A stretch of 63,308 bases of DNA, the filler included, from Choristocarpus tenellus KU-1152 (Eukaryota; Protista; Phaeophyceae), in the NCBI GenBank assembly GCA_964200185.2. It is 10 parts of 10 records of this genome, joined end to end, with 100 filler letters (N's around TTAATTAATTAA, not from the genome) between each part and the next. Parts side by side here need not be neighbours in the genome. Positions count along the whole stretch, not along the records: positions 40,177 to 48,400 come from CAXNAD020004973.1; positions 48,501 to 52,402 come from CAXNAD020017237.1; positions 52,503 to 58,382 come from CAXNAD020009528.1; 7 more parts are not named here. One strand, written 5' to 3'. Below, in pieces: positions 40,575-52,570 of the stretch; position 1 is the stretch's first letter; each line of letters begins with the position of its first letter. The notes under the pieces were generated by a model, which saw only the letters and a list, made by a program, of their open reading frames with translations, was not told the DNA's origin and ran no database searches. The translations under genes and the position numbers were made by a program.

Positions 40575-40830
40575 GAGTATCTTAGAGGGTACAAGTTTTG
40601 CCTTGTTTGTCCATTTGGGGCTTGGCTTCCCATGGGATTTTCTTGTGATATTTCCCCTACTCCAAAATGTTTCGGAGTAGGTAAAATGTATACGCTATGA
40701 AAAGGTTTATCCGGAACAAGGATATTGGAACTTCCAAAACAAACACGATAGCCAAAACTACATCAAAATTGCAACATTGGATTTTGGCCCCCAAGTGAAT
40801 GTGGATGTACCCTCTACGATACTTTGACTC
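40575..40830 (+). mobile_element. MITE family A copy flanked by a 17-bp direct repeat
   Basis: Element body as in other copies. tggagtttaggagagta occurs at 40563-40579 and again at 40831-40847. Confidence 0.88.
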
Positions 40831-41265
40831 TGGAGTTTAGGAGAGTACCCAGAGGTGCCTGATCTACCTCTTCCTGTGGTACACACTCCATGACCATGCC
40901 AAATTACTCTTAGTGACACAGGGTTTAATGTTGAGCGTTGTGCATTGTGTGAAATTTGCTGACTGTTGTGTTTGTTCACTGTGTTGATGTGCTATGGTCT
41001 GACCTGTGGAGAGATATTGATGGACAGGAGTATATCTTATTGCCTCAAAATAGTTTTGCCGCTGGTTTCTTCCTCTTTCTAGGGGTTGGGGTATTCCCTC
41101 CCCCTGTCCCATGGATGACTACACGTGAAAGCTACTTCGAAGGAGGATTTTGAAGTGTTTTGAAGCAGGATATGATTGCGCACATCTATTTTTTTCATCA
41201 GTATTGTATACTCCAAAGCGCAACATAAAGAATTAAACTGCAAATATGCACCAATATACGATGCA

Positions 41266-41523
41266 GGATCAAAGTATCTTAGAGGGTAGAGTCACATCCA
41301 TTTGGGGGACAAAATCTATTGTTGTGATTTTGATGTAATTTTGGCCATCGTGTTTGTTTGGAAGAGACGATATTCTTGTTCCAGACACACCTTTTCATAA
41401 CGTACACATTTTACCTACTCCAAGACATTTCGGACTAGGAAAATGTCATAAAAAACCTGTGGAAAGCCCAGTCCCAAACGGACAAACAGGGGAAATTTGG
41501 TACCCTCTAACATATTTGCATTC
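41266..41523 (-). mobile_element. MITE family A copy (reverse orientation)
   Basis: tcaaagtatcttagagggtagag...taccctctaacatatttgcattc. Confidence 0.88.
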
Positions 41524-42225
41524 ACACCTTATTGATAAAGCAAGCATCCCCATCAAGGTATGTACTAAGATATGACACACAAGCTTTCTTACCATTCTTC
41601 AATAGAGTATGAGGCTGGGCGGTTGTAATGCAGCTAAATTTTGGTGTCAGAGGTCATTGCCCCCAAACTCTTTTTGAATGTGTCAAGGAACTCACCAAAC
41701 CAAAAGTGATCGACCTGCAATACTTCGAACTAATGGCCATTTGGCAGAAGGTGCCTCTGCATATGTAATGGTGCCCTCATCAACAGATTCCAACCAAGAA
41801 AGCAAGTCGTGTTTTTGTGACTAGAAGAACCCAGCTCTTCAAATGAATTCCTAGAACAAAATGGGTTAGCCCAGAAAAATTGAATGTCTTGAAACTGTCC
41901 TTGCCTGTGAAAGGCAATCCAGCTGCATCTCCTTGCTGTACTTCCTCTCGGTGTGTGTGTATAGCACCCCACCCAAGATAGCTTGAAGGCCCATGAGCGC
42001 AATGTCAAGGCTTAGCGCCTGACAAGAGCAGCCAGGGATGGTCACCCACAGATAGAGGCTTAGGATGGAAGATATGGTAGTGGGTTGGGTGTGATAGGAC
42101 TATCTGGAACAGGTGTTTTTTTTCAACGCGTTTTTTTCTGAGGAATGGAGAGTAAAATTTTCCTGGGTTGCTGGAGGGTAGGAAGCTTCAAGAGGGAGAG
42201 CATGGAGGGAAAGTGGAGGTCTCAC

Positions 42226-42433
42226 CACGAGGAGGATGAACTTGTTATGCCGAATCGAGCCCGCATACGATAAGATCGCATTACCGGCGTTCCAAAACGA
42301 ACACACAATCAGGAAAGCTCCTATGGCGGTGATCTCGTGGCCGAAGGCTTGGGCGAAGTGAATGTTGTTGACTAAAATACTCCCTGCCACCAGTAAGTAT
42401 AAAGACAATGCCATGCGGAAAGGAATCATGGCC
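42226..42433 (-). CDS. Tetraspanin-like membrane protein exon (TM1-TM2 and start of TM3)
   Basis: cag|G GCC ATG...CTC GTG|gtgaga gives AMIPFRMALSLYLLVAGSILVNNIHFAQAFGHEITAIGAFLIVCSFWNAGNAILSYAGSIRHNKFILLV. LSYAGSIRHNKFILL resembles the tetraspanin 'LGCxGAxRENKxLL' inner loop. Other exons unresolved. Confidence 0.55.
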
Positions 42434-43040
42434 CTGGAAAAGATCTCAAGATTTACCCTGGTGCACTGGTCGTTCGTGAGGAAGTTGCAGAGTTAGAAAC
42501 TGGATATGTGCTTCAAAACGTAGCATAGGATCCAAAATGGCCAGTCTCTCTTCCCTCACCATGATGCACGTATCTTGTCGCGGCAAGTGGTAAATGACAC
42601 TCCTCCCACTTCCCCGAGATCCCTCTCTGATCACTTCTCTGAATCAATATGATACCTCTCCTGCATCATTCCAACTTTTGTCGTTGTTTCCTCGGTTCCA
42701 CCATTTGTTGTCAGTGCGATCTGGACGTTTCACACCAGTATCTTTTACTAAACAGATGGAGGCGTTCTCACCTGTGTGTTCTTCTCTCACAAAAAGTACT
42801 ACTCAACGGCAGCCATCTCCTTACTCTTAATCCATCTCCCTGCGACAAGGCCTTTGTACTCTGAACTTCTGGTCTCGGATTAAGCAGTGGTAAAATATCG
42901 CAACTGCGTTCACGGGGCGTTGAATTGCACCAGGAGCAGCATTGCACCTCATTTTGAAGGAGGAGTAAAGGGGGATTAGGGGAGCCTAACCAGACTGCAT
43001 TTTTGTTATCTGAGTTCTTAGGATCGACACGTCTAGGACC

Positions 43041-46000
43041 ATGGTGGATGATGCCACCAATACCCTGAGGCAGGCTCTGGTCTCTACGCAATCTCCAAGC
43101 AAGGACTTGCGTAAGCAAGGTGAGAAGAGCGGGGTTGTGAGAAGGCTAGGAACACGATAGCATAGTGTCCATTTCTTGTCTTTACTTTTTCCAAGAATTA
43201 CAATTTCGGTTAGCTGATGTGAAAATGTCGAGATACACTATCACGATGGTGAGTAGACCTGGGGCCTACTGTGTTTGTAGCCTACAATCTTACGGCAGAG
43301 GCGAGCCAGGGAATTCCTGTGCGGTGATCTTTGACTTGAGGAACTGCAACTTGACCCTCCTCCATCTTTCCCATTGCAAGTCGTCAAAATCTGTCCCTGT
43401 GTGCATCGATTTTTTCGAACTGAGTGGCATGGGTTCTCTAGTGGTTTCGGATCTAACTTTAGTCGCTACCCCTTGCTATTCCTATCCTGATGCTTTCCCT
43501 CAGCCGAGGATTTCCTCAAAGCCCAGGAGTTGCAGCCCCACTATGCCCAGCGTCTCGTTTCTCTAATCGAAGTTCACTGTGGGGGAGTAACCAATGATGA
43601 CAAGGTTATTCGCACGCTTGCTGCAGTGGTATTCAAAAACCTCATCAAGACCAAGTGGGCTCCCCCGGTGCGTTCACCCGTCCTACGCCCCCAGTACTCT
43701 TCTGCACACTCTCGCCTGTGCTTTGTTTAACCCTGTGAGATCTCTTCCGGAGTTGACCACATAGATCCTCTGCCCTCAAATGGATGTAAAGGTCATTGAT
43801 GACCACCTCTTGCTTTTGGCGTTATTCTAGGGGCAGGAGAAGACATGGGTTGTGGAGGGTGCAAAGTTAAGATGTCATTGAGAGCAGTATTTTTTGTCTC
43901 CCTTCTCCATCTTGTCCGCCCTACCCAGACGATCTCCAATCTACCACTACAGTCTTCAGTATCAGGCCTGCTACCCTATCCTTCCAATATAGCTGGGCAT
44001 GTGCATAGGCACTGTGTAGTCATCATGTGTGCCAACACTTTTGGCAAGCAACCCTTCTAATGAGAAGACTGTACCTCCCCTCATCTTCTCTCCCCTCCTC
44101 CTGACATGACTATCAGTATTGCCTGCCTACCTTGTCCCCAGCCTCCCTCTCCTCACCCCAATGCTATCTCCCTCTTCCTTCATGCACGCATGCTGTGCCC
44201 AGGAGGATGGGGAGGGCAAGGAGAACTGTATAGCTGAGCCGGACAAGGATGCCATTAAGGGCAATATTGTGCCGCTAATGTGTCGATCTCCACCGGAAGT
44301 GCAGCGTCAGGTGGGCCTTAACTTGCGCTGCAGGGGTAAATTCCCAACCATTATTATATTTTTTGGGAGGTACAGGGTCATGCATAGGGTTGCATATTGA
44401 GAGGTTTTTTGTGGGTGGTGGAGGATAGCTTCCAAACCAACCATTATTATATATTTTTGGGAGGTACAGGGTCATGCATCGGGTTGCATATTGAGAGGTT
44501 TTTTGTGGGTGGTGGAGGATAGCTTCCAAACCAACCATTATTATATATTTTTGGGAGGTACAGGGTCATGCATCGGGTTGCATATTGAGAGGTTTTTGCA
44601 AGCGGTGGGGGATAGCTTCCCTTTTCTGAGGAAACTGAGCACTCTTCAGTTTTGTTTGCATTTTGGTGGGAGTCCCATTGATCACATGTTCTGACTTGGA
44701 ACGTTCTTGGGCATATGGGGCATAGCTTACGTAACTTTTTTTGTCAGATATCCTTCGGTGGGCACTGTTGACCTAATCAGGGTGCGGAGCAGGGTGACCT
44801 TGCAGATGTCTCCAAGGAATGTTACGAAACTGTAGGAACTCAGTTGTTGTAGGGCGGGACATTGAGTCATGCAAAGGAGGGCCATGTCAGTGCAGAGAGA
44901 GGGTGACTTTGTCGATGAATTTTGGCCCTCATGGGGGCAATTAGGTGAATGCAAAACTGGTATATTGTGTGACCTCCTCCTGTATTTGTTCTTGAGCTAT
45001 GATCAACGGGTTGTGCTGAGATGACGTGACCCATACACTGGTCATACAAAAAATTGGTCCATGAGCGAACTGTTGTTGAGTCGGAAGGTGAATTCAGAGA
45101 AGACCATTGATCGGTGTGAAGGATCTCGACTCAAGTGCAACAGGCCGGTAGAAAGAAGGAGTTCTGGTTGTCATTCTTTTAGAGATTGCGATAAAATGAT
45201 AGTAGTGCTTGTTCCTCTCTTTGTTTTTTTTGTTTTCTGGGGCATGTAGTGACAGTGCGTTATGATTGGACAGAGAGTGGAATGCAAAAGTACATGTAAC
45301 AATGTGTGCAGACTGGCGGAAAATAGGAGTCTCAGTGACCATTCTTAAGATGTGGTGAAGGAATACATGTATCAATGCTCTAAATGTATGTTTAGGTACT
45401 TCCTGTGTTGTAATATGCAATAAGTACAGTCAATTACTTTGAGTTCATGAGCGCCGCCTTTTTATGGTCTCAGAAACCCCTGCTTTTTGGGTTGACGTGG
45501 TTGCTACTAATCACGCCAGAGTACATACTACAAGACCCTCTGCATACGGTGTACTTCTACTTTAAAACATGCCATTTAGAAAATCCTGAAAATTGAACAT
45601 GCCAACCTCAACCATACTCTGTGAGTCGTTTTTGAAATCCAGATAACGCCTTTGCATATATAGGCAACTATGGAGTTTGTTGTAAAACGATCTGGGGTAG
45701 AATCTGTAGTAAATTGCCTGTAGGTTTGCCCTGATAGGTGTAGACCCGTTATCAGCAGGAGTCTCTGCATGTAGTCTGGCGGAAATACTTGCAATCAGTC
45801 TTGGGCGTATTGGTACTTGAATGGCACGCATGGTGGTATGTGTTGATGGTATGAATTGACAGGCAGCAGCGGTGCTTTCAGAGCTGTTGTTGCAGACTGC
45901 TCTTTTTGTTCTGGTATCAACAATGGTACCCTTCAAGACATACGGAGGTGTGATGGCAGTTATCTGAAGCGTTTTGATGTTGAGTTCAGAACTAAGATCA

Positions 46001-46516
46001 CAGCCATACTCACTAGTGGCCCTTCTGTGCTACGACGGCCTTGTCTCCCCCCCTCCCCTCTCCCCAGACATTTCAGTAACTTTTCCAGGTCTTCCTCTCA
46101 TATTCAAATGTGGTTGTGCCTGTTGGAGGTTTTGTCTGCCATGAGAAGCGTCCCCTCGCTGTATAGCTCAAAGGTGGAACATCCTCTCAACTGTACTGGG
46201 GAAGGAGTGGTTTGGGGGTTTAGGTAGAGTAAGAGTAAGAGTTAAGACCTGCAGACTGACTTCTTGCACACATTGCTCCCTGCACTTGATAAAGTAAAGC
46301 AATTTTCCTGTCCCTGTGCTGTGAAACTGACTGGGTGAATGGGCTGCATCTGGACCTATTGGAACTTGGGTTCTCTTTTGGTTGGGGGGGGGGGGGGGGG
46401 GGGGGGGAGGTGGGTGGGGGGGGGGGCTTTTGTGTGGGTGGAAAACCCCGGGGGGGTGTGGGGGGGGCTGGNNNNNNNNNNGTGTCTTGTGGGGTTGGTG
46501 TGGTGGGGTGTGGTGG

Positions 46517-46552
<36 letters not shown>

Positions 46553-47664
46553 CATGTGGTTCGGGGGAACGCATCTTCTGTGGTATGAAAACCCGTGCGC
46601 AGTTTGCAGAGGCCTTGACAATCATCAGTCAGCACGACTTCCCTTCGAGGTGGCCGACATTAATGCCGTCTCTCGTTGAGCTGATGAAAAGTCAGGTGGG
46701 CGGGAAGGTCATGCTGTGGGAGTTGGTAGGGTTTGGAAGGCACCTTTTGCTTTTGACTTGACATGTCTGTGTGTGTGTGCGTGTGCGTTGTGTATTAGTT
46801 GTGTTGACTTAGGGTTATGGAAATGTGTTATCGATTGGAACTGTTGGTTGCATGGGCTCGTGGTGCACAAGGTCAGGAAAGTGTTGGGAAAGTGTTGCAG
46901 GCGATGTACGGAGCTATCACATATTGCAGCGTACTAGTAGGGCCTAGAGTGGTTCTATGGTAGGTATCAAATGCCTGTGTAGTATTGCAAAGCATGGGGC
47001 GATGGGCAACTGTTGTAGCGTTTGGTGTTAGAGGACGATGCTTTTTGGTGTATGATCTGTGTGATCTGTGTGTCATCCGAGGATGGGGGAGCAGCATTCT
47101 GATGGAAAGGGTTGTGATGGGTTTGTACTGTACAGGTAAGGCGGTTTAGATTTCTTGACATACTATTGTTGCACTCTGCGATGATATGACAGTTTTTATT
47201 TATTTTTTCTGTAATTCATTGCTTCCAAGCTCCACGTGATGGTGTGGCAGGTAATCTTATGGAGCTGTCATTATATGAAAAAAGATGATTTTATGTGTCT
47301 CCTCCTTGGGAAATTTTACAGACTTCTTGTTCCCCCCCCCCCCACTGGGGAACAAAAATATATTTTTATGCATCTTCACCTTGGGAATTTTTACTGACTT
47401 ATTGCTCCCTCCCCCTCCCCTTCCCCCTTCCCCCCCCACCCCCACCCCCACTGGGGAACAAAAATATATTTTTATGCATCTCCACCTTGGGGAACCTTAC
47501 ATACTTCTTGCCCCACACCCCCTGCGAAAAACACGCCTCCTCAGGACTACCACATTCTTAATGGGGCGCTGCTGTCTGCCAACTCTATCCTCAAGCGTTA
47601 TCGCTACAAGTTTAAGTCGGATGCGCTCTTCACTGAGATCAACGCAGTGCTTGGTTCAATTGCG
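43041..47664 (+). CDS. CSE1: Exportin-2 / importin-alpha re-exporter (CSE1/CAS), first five exons; 3' part lies beyond the contig
   Basis: Exons 43041-43119, 43504-43667, 44203-44310, 46603-46695 and 47545-47664 splice in phase to MVDDATNTLRQALVSTQSPSKDLRKQAEDFLK...IRTLAAVVFKNLIKTKW...DKDAIKGNIVPLMCRSPPEVQRQFAEALTIISQHDFPSRWPTLMPSLV...DYHILNGALLSANSILKRYRYKFKSDALFTEINAVL (IBN_N domain plus Cse1 motifs). Confidence 0.93.
44344..44620. repeat. 94-bp minisatellite, about 3 copies, in a CSE1 intron
   Basis: gggaggtacagggtcatgcat recurs at 44365, 44459 and 44553. Confidence 0.92.
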
Positions 47665-48888
47665 GTGAGCTCACCTCAGCTCGGATAGATCGGGTGTTTT
47701 GACTTTTTGTGTAGGCTGGGGCAATGGCTCCTTTCTTGTAAGTGAGGGGGCAGGGGCAGGGGCAGGGGCAGGGTTGTTGTGGTGTGCACGAAGTGAAATG
47801 TTTTGTTTGTGCCGTTGGTGTCTGTCTTTGTTTATCGCTGTTGGGGGTTTGTGTGTACAAGGGAAGGCGTGCCGGGTAAGATGTGACGTGCGATGGTTCG
47901 ATTTTTCGGTGAACTGTTACGAGGTCTTGGAAAGCACGCCTTCCTTGTTTTTTCCCCCTCGCTGTCCTGTCCCTGTGCGCGGCCCCTTTGCACCGCCCTC
48001 TCCCTGCCTGCTGCATGAGGACACGTCAAGCTCACAGGAACAATTTCTGACCTTTGGCTTGTGTGAGATGGAAAGTAGTGAGACTGATGTGGGATCAATG
48101 TGCTGGTGTTGATCAACACACGGCAACGATATCAACGTTATCTCTTGTCACACGTTATCTCTTGTCTTGTCCTGTCCCTATCCCCTGTCCACCTCTCTCA
48201 AATCTCCCCCCCCCCCTGATGTTCTGACATCATGCTGGAGTTGCTGACTATCGCTGGCTAGAATGTATTGCGAGGTCGAGGTTAGAAGAGGTGTTTTTTT
48301 TATGGGACTGCTGAGGAACCCCAGTCTTCGCCTTGATTTCAGTCCCAGTCTCCTTGAAATGGAAGCGCACTGGGTTGGGGGGGGGGGGGGGGAGGGGGGG
48401 NNNNNNNNNNNNNNNNNNNNNNNNNNNNNNNNNNNNNNNNNNNNTTAATTAATTAANNNNNNNNNNNNNNNNNNNNNNNNNNNNNNNNNNNNNNNNNNNN
48501 AAGAAAAGAAAGAGGTAAGCCTTGCCTGCTTCCCTCCCCCCCCCCCCTCCCCCCTCCCCTGGGCTATTGCTTCACTGATCAATTTAGTTTTCTGTTTTGG
48601 TGGGGGAGGGGAATAAGCATGTAGTATGTTTTGGTGATTGCAACTTCGTGATGCCAGGACAGTTGTGATTTTTTTTTTTGTGGGAAAAATATTTTTTTCC
48701 CAGGGCATGTAATGTGCCTTGTGGGCACACAATAAAAAGATGCAAGTGGTATTGTTGTACAAATCCAGGAAGGCGTGTTCACGTGTCTATCAACTGCAGT
48801 GCAGTAAGTACTACGAGACTGCGAAGACCTTGGATGTTCCACGCCCTGTTTTCCCAGAGACAAGTGCTACTGTTCATAGTCTCCCCCC

Positions 48889-48946
<58 letters not shown>

Positions 48947-49258
48947 ACCTCTCCCCCCCTCCCCCCCTCCCTCCCCCCCCCCCCCCAAACCCCATCAGTC
49001 GCAAACCCGCACCACACGCGCTCCNNNNNNNNNNCTGGTGCTCTTCCCATTTTTCCTCCCCCCCCCCCCCCCCCCCCCCCCCCCCCTAGTTTCCCACAAT
49101 GAACGCCTACTGCTTCTTGCACCTTAACCAATAACATTGGACAAGATTCTTTGGGAGGTTTGTCTTCACAAAGACAGGGATTGCCTGGGGCAGGGGGACC
49201 AGAGGCATGCGCTCTTGCTCGTCGCCTGACTGCAGCATGTCGAAGAATCGAGGTGTGT

Positions 49259-49338
49259 TATATTTTGTACCATTATGCTATATGTTGTACCATTGTGCTA
49301 TATGTTGTACCATTATGCTATATGTTGTACCATTATGC
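49259..49338. repeat. 20-bp tandem repeat x4
   Basis: Unit tatatgttgtaccattatgc. Confidence 0.9.
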
Positions 49339-49501
49339 TCTGTAATGTTTTTTTTATTTTGAGTGTATTTCTCGTGGTGCAATGGCGCGTTGGCTCTTCT
49401 CCCTAACCCTCCAAGCACGGGGTGGATTGTTTACATATTTTTGTGTAGTGTTTTTAGTGTTGCCGGTTTAAAAAAAATAGAATATATTAAAGGGGTGTGC
49501 T

Positions 49502-49764
49502 GAGTCGAAGTATCTTAGGGTTAGGGTAGAGCTTTGTTCATTTGGGGGTCAAAACCCAATGTTGTAATTTTGATGTAGTTTTGGCTATCGTGTTTGTTAG
49601 GAGATGTCAATATCCTTGTTCTGGACACTCCTTTTCATAACATACACATTTTACCTACTCCGAAATATTTTGGAGTAGGTAGAATGTCATAAAAAACTCG
49701 TGGGAAGCCAAGCCCCAAATGGACAAACAGGGCAAACCTCGTACACTCTAAGGTACTTTCACTC
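49502..49764 (-). mobile_element. MITE family A copy (reverse) with 4-bp TGCT target duplication
   Basis: tgct|gagtcgaagtatcttagggttagggtagag...tacactctaaggtactttcactc|tgct. Confidence 0.9.
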
Positions 49765-50077
49765 TGCTTCTATTGGTTTTGTAGGGTCTTTTGAATGGAA
49801 ATTTATTTGGGGGAGACGAGCTGTGTTGGTCTCTTTGTTAGGGGAGGAAGAGTCACACTAGTTTTTTGTTCAAGAATCTGCAAGTACTTGGTAATGTGTA
49901 TGTTGGCGTTATCTCCGGGTAGGTCTTAGTGAACAAAAAGGGATAGGATGCATTCACCCTAACCCTAACTCTACCCTGAACAGTACTCGTACTTTGAACC
50001 GCCACGGTCCTGGCTGGTCCAGAGGTTGTGTCTTATGGCAGAAATTTTGTGTTATTTGATATGGAAGCTTTATCATT

Positions 50078-50256
50078 TGGTACCAAAGTTGTGTTATTGG
50101 GTACAAATGGCAAACCATCTGGTACCAAAGTTGTGTTATTGGGTACAAATGGCAAACCATCTGTTACCAAAGTTGTGTTATTGGGTACAAATGGCAAACC
50201 ATCTGGTACCAAAGTTGTGTTATTGGGTACAAATGGCAAACCATCTGGTACCAAAG
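50078..50256. repeat. 42-bp minisatellite, about 4.3 copies
   Basis: Unit tggtaccaaagttgtgttattgggtacaaatggcaaaccatc. Confidence 0.93.
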
Positions 50257-51777
50257 CCGTGTCATGTGGTACCTACCGGGTTCATTCATGTGTTAGTACC
50301 AATCCATTCCATGTGGCATCCAAGTTGTGCATTGTGCAGACGGAAGTGTAGTACTGTTTATGACGGCAGTTACATTCCTGTGCGCTTAAAATCACAGTGG
50401 CTTCCACTCTTCCTGAAGCTAAATTTAGAGTGAGACCTTTTTTGTGTTTTGTGCTTGAACTTGTGTGGGTCATTCTGCCATGTATTAGTGGGAAGACTTT
50501 TGTGGTCTATATAGTAGTACTGACCTGTGACGTGGATATCCCCGCAATTGTGGAACAGTAGTACTGACTTGTGTTCCAAGGGAGCCTCGTACAGGGTAAT
50601 CATCCCCATTGCATTGATTTGGGCGAAATGTGGGCAAGGGGATGATTTATTCTTGTCTTTTTTTTTTTCTTCTCTTTTCTGTTAGTACTTCGAAGGCTTT
50701 TGTTTATAATATTTTCTGATCGGGGTGAATATATATATATATATATGTATATTGTACACCTTTTCTTGAATTGCGATATTTTTGTCCACTCCCACCTGAT
50801 TTGTTCCAATTGACTGTTGACTATTGCATGGCGTTTGTTGTCTAGCACCAGTCCTCCATTAACGGCACTGACTTTACTCTTTTTGATGCCCTGGTTTGTA
50901 CATTTGCCAACGGGATCCATATATAATTATTTAAGCTGTGTCAAACTTACTACTGTTGTAGGTTCATTTGAAAGTAAAAATTTGCACCTAAGTAAGGTAC
51001 TGGAAATATTTTGGAGGGGCAACATTTTGACATGAAAGGAACAGTTGCACCAATCAAATCACAGACCATCCATCAAACAATTTTTAGTTGAATAGAAACA
51101 TCTCTTGCACACCAAGTCATTGGGCAGGAGGGTATCAGTAGCAGCGCTTGCTAATCTTCAGTACTGTGACAGTATCAAGCCTACATTTTAATCTTACCTA
51201 TCAAGCCGCATTGTGTTTGGCACTTCAGTTCAGTGGCATCCTCCGCCTTATCATGAGAATTTCCCAACAAGGCATCCTAGGTAGGGCTATTTCCTAGGCA
51301 GGGGGGCCATGGGCGAACCCAGAAAAGTGTTTGTGTTCAATGGTCCAAAAGATGGAGGGTTTGACAGAGGGGATGGTATCACTGTATGGCCATGTCACGA
51401 TTGGAGAGCAAATAAGGTGTCAGTTACATTGTTGTCAGTAGTACATCACAACGAACAGAAGCATAAGCTGTTGGCGGTATATTGGGTTTAGCTTATACCA
51501 TCAGTGATATGTTGAATGCCCCGCCATACTGCCCATACCGACACCCTGGATATTTTTACTGGGTGCCATTTTCCACTTTTTATTGTAGGAAAAAAAAAAT
51601 GACTCCCTGGGTTTTGCGTATTAAAAAAGATAAAAAAGACCGGTAGTTGTCTATCGAATCTCCCATTTTCCACACATCAATGTTTTTATCACCGCTAGGT
51701 ACACCATCAAGGTTTGGAGGATGAAGCACTAGAACAGTGCACAACTTGATATGTTTAGTGATGGGTGTCATTCACAG

Positions 51778-51861
51778 CAGTAGTTGGACAACAGTAGTTG
51801 GACAACAGTAGTTGGACATCAGTAGTTGGACAACAGTAGTTGGACAACAGTAGTTGGACAT
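51778..51861. repeat. 14-bp tandem repeat x6 with a 42-bp higher-order period
   Basis: Unit cagtagttggaca(a/t), last base running a,a,t,a,a,t. Confidence 0.92.
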
Positions 51862-52219
51862 CACCGAGAAGATTCCCCCCGATAGTTATCCTGGTAAATG
51901 GGCGAAGGATGTGTGGAAAATGGGCTTGTGTGTTGTGTGTTGTGTTTATGGCATATGATATACATAGATTACTGACCCTCAGAGTTCTCCTGGACAAGAG
52001 GCGATGTAGGGTAAATGGCACTGGTTTTTGTGATAGGTAACAGGCGTTGTACACTAAATCGATCCAAGGAGTTGTCCTGACCACTGACCCTTGAGACAAG
52101 TGGGGGCTCCAAGTGTTGGCCTGGACAAGTGACACTGTATGTGCAAGGTAAATGCTCTCAAGTGTTGAGAGCATAACACCTAGTTCAGAGCAGGTTGTGA
52201 ACCACTTCCATGCTTGCTG

Positions 52220-52390
52220 ATGTTCAAAGTATTTTTTGGGGGGGGTCTACACCAGGGTGTCCATTCGGGCCCTGACCAGGAAAAAAGAGTGCCCTTACAT
52301 TATCCATCAGACACATGCAACCAAATCACACAAGAATCGTGACATGGAAAAATGGGCCCCAAATGGACAGCCCCCCCCCCCCCCCGAATG
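52220..52390 (+). mobile_element. MITE family B (poly-G/poly-C arms), most complete copy; left ends also at 5758-5801, 12798-12838 and 63272-63308
   Basis: tcaaagtat..G-run..tctacaccagggtgtccattcgggcc...gggccccaaatggacag C-run. The other three copies start (g)ggtcaaagtatct or gacccaaagtatct followed by a G-run, and end at a contig break or the window end. Confidence 0.65.
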
Positions 52391-52570
52391 CCCCTAAAAG
52401 TTNNNNNNNNNNNNNNNNNNNNNNNNNNNNNNNNNNNNNNNNNNNNTTAATTAATTAANNNNNNNNNNNNNNNNNNNNNNNNNNNNNNNNNNNNNNNNNN
52501 NNCCCCATCTATTTCAACACCACAAAGACCATTAGCAACTCCCTCCTACCACCCCAAACGCCTTCTATAC

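Noticed and set aside
46168-49137. Poly-Pro / poly-Gly ORFs suggesting extensin or formin
   Set aside because: They derive from long G/C homopolymer runs next to N gaps within introns, so they are low-quality or low-complexity sequence.
49145-49252. Possible plus-strand exon (GLPGAGGPEACALARRLTAACRRIE) continuing CSE1
   Set aside because: It lies on a different contig after a linker and does not resemble the expected Cse1 continuation, so it cannot be assigned.
50026-50433. Repeat-protein ORFs and a CRISPR-like look of the 42-bp array
   Set aside because: Head-to-tail minisatellite with no unique spacers and no cas genes. Several frames are open only because the unit length is a multiple of 3.
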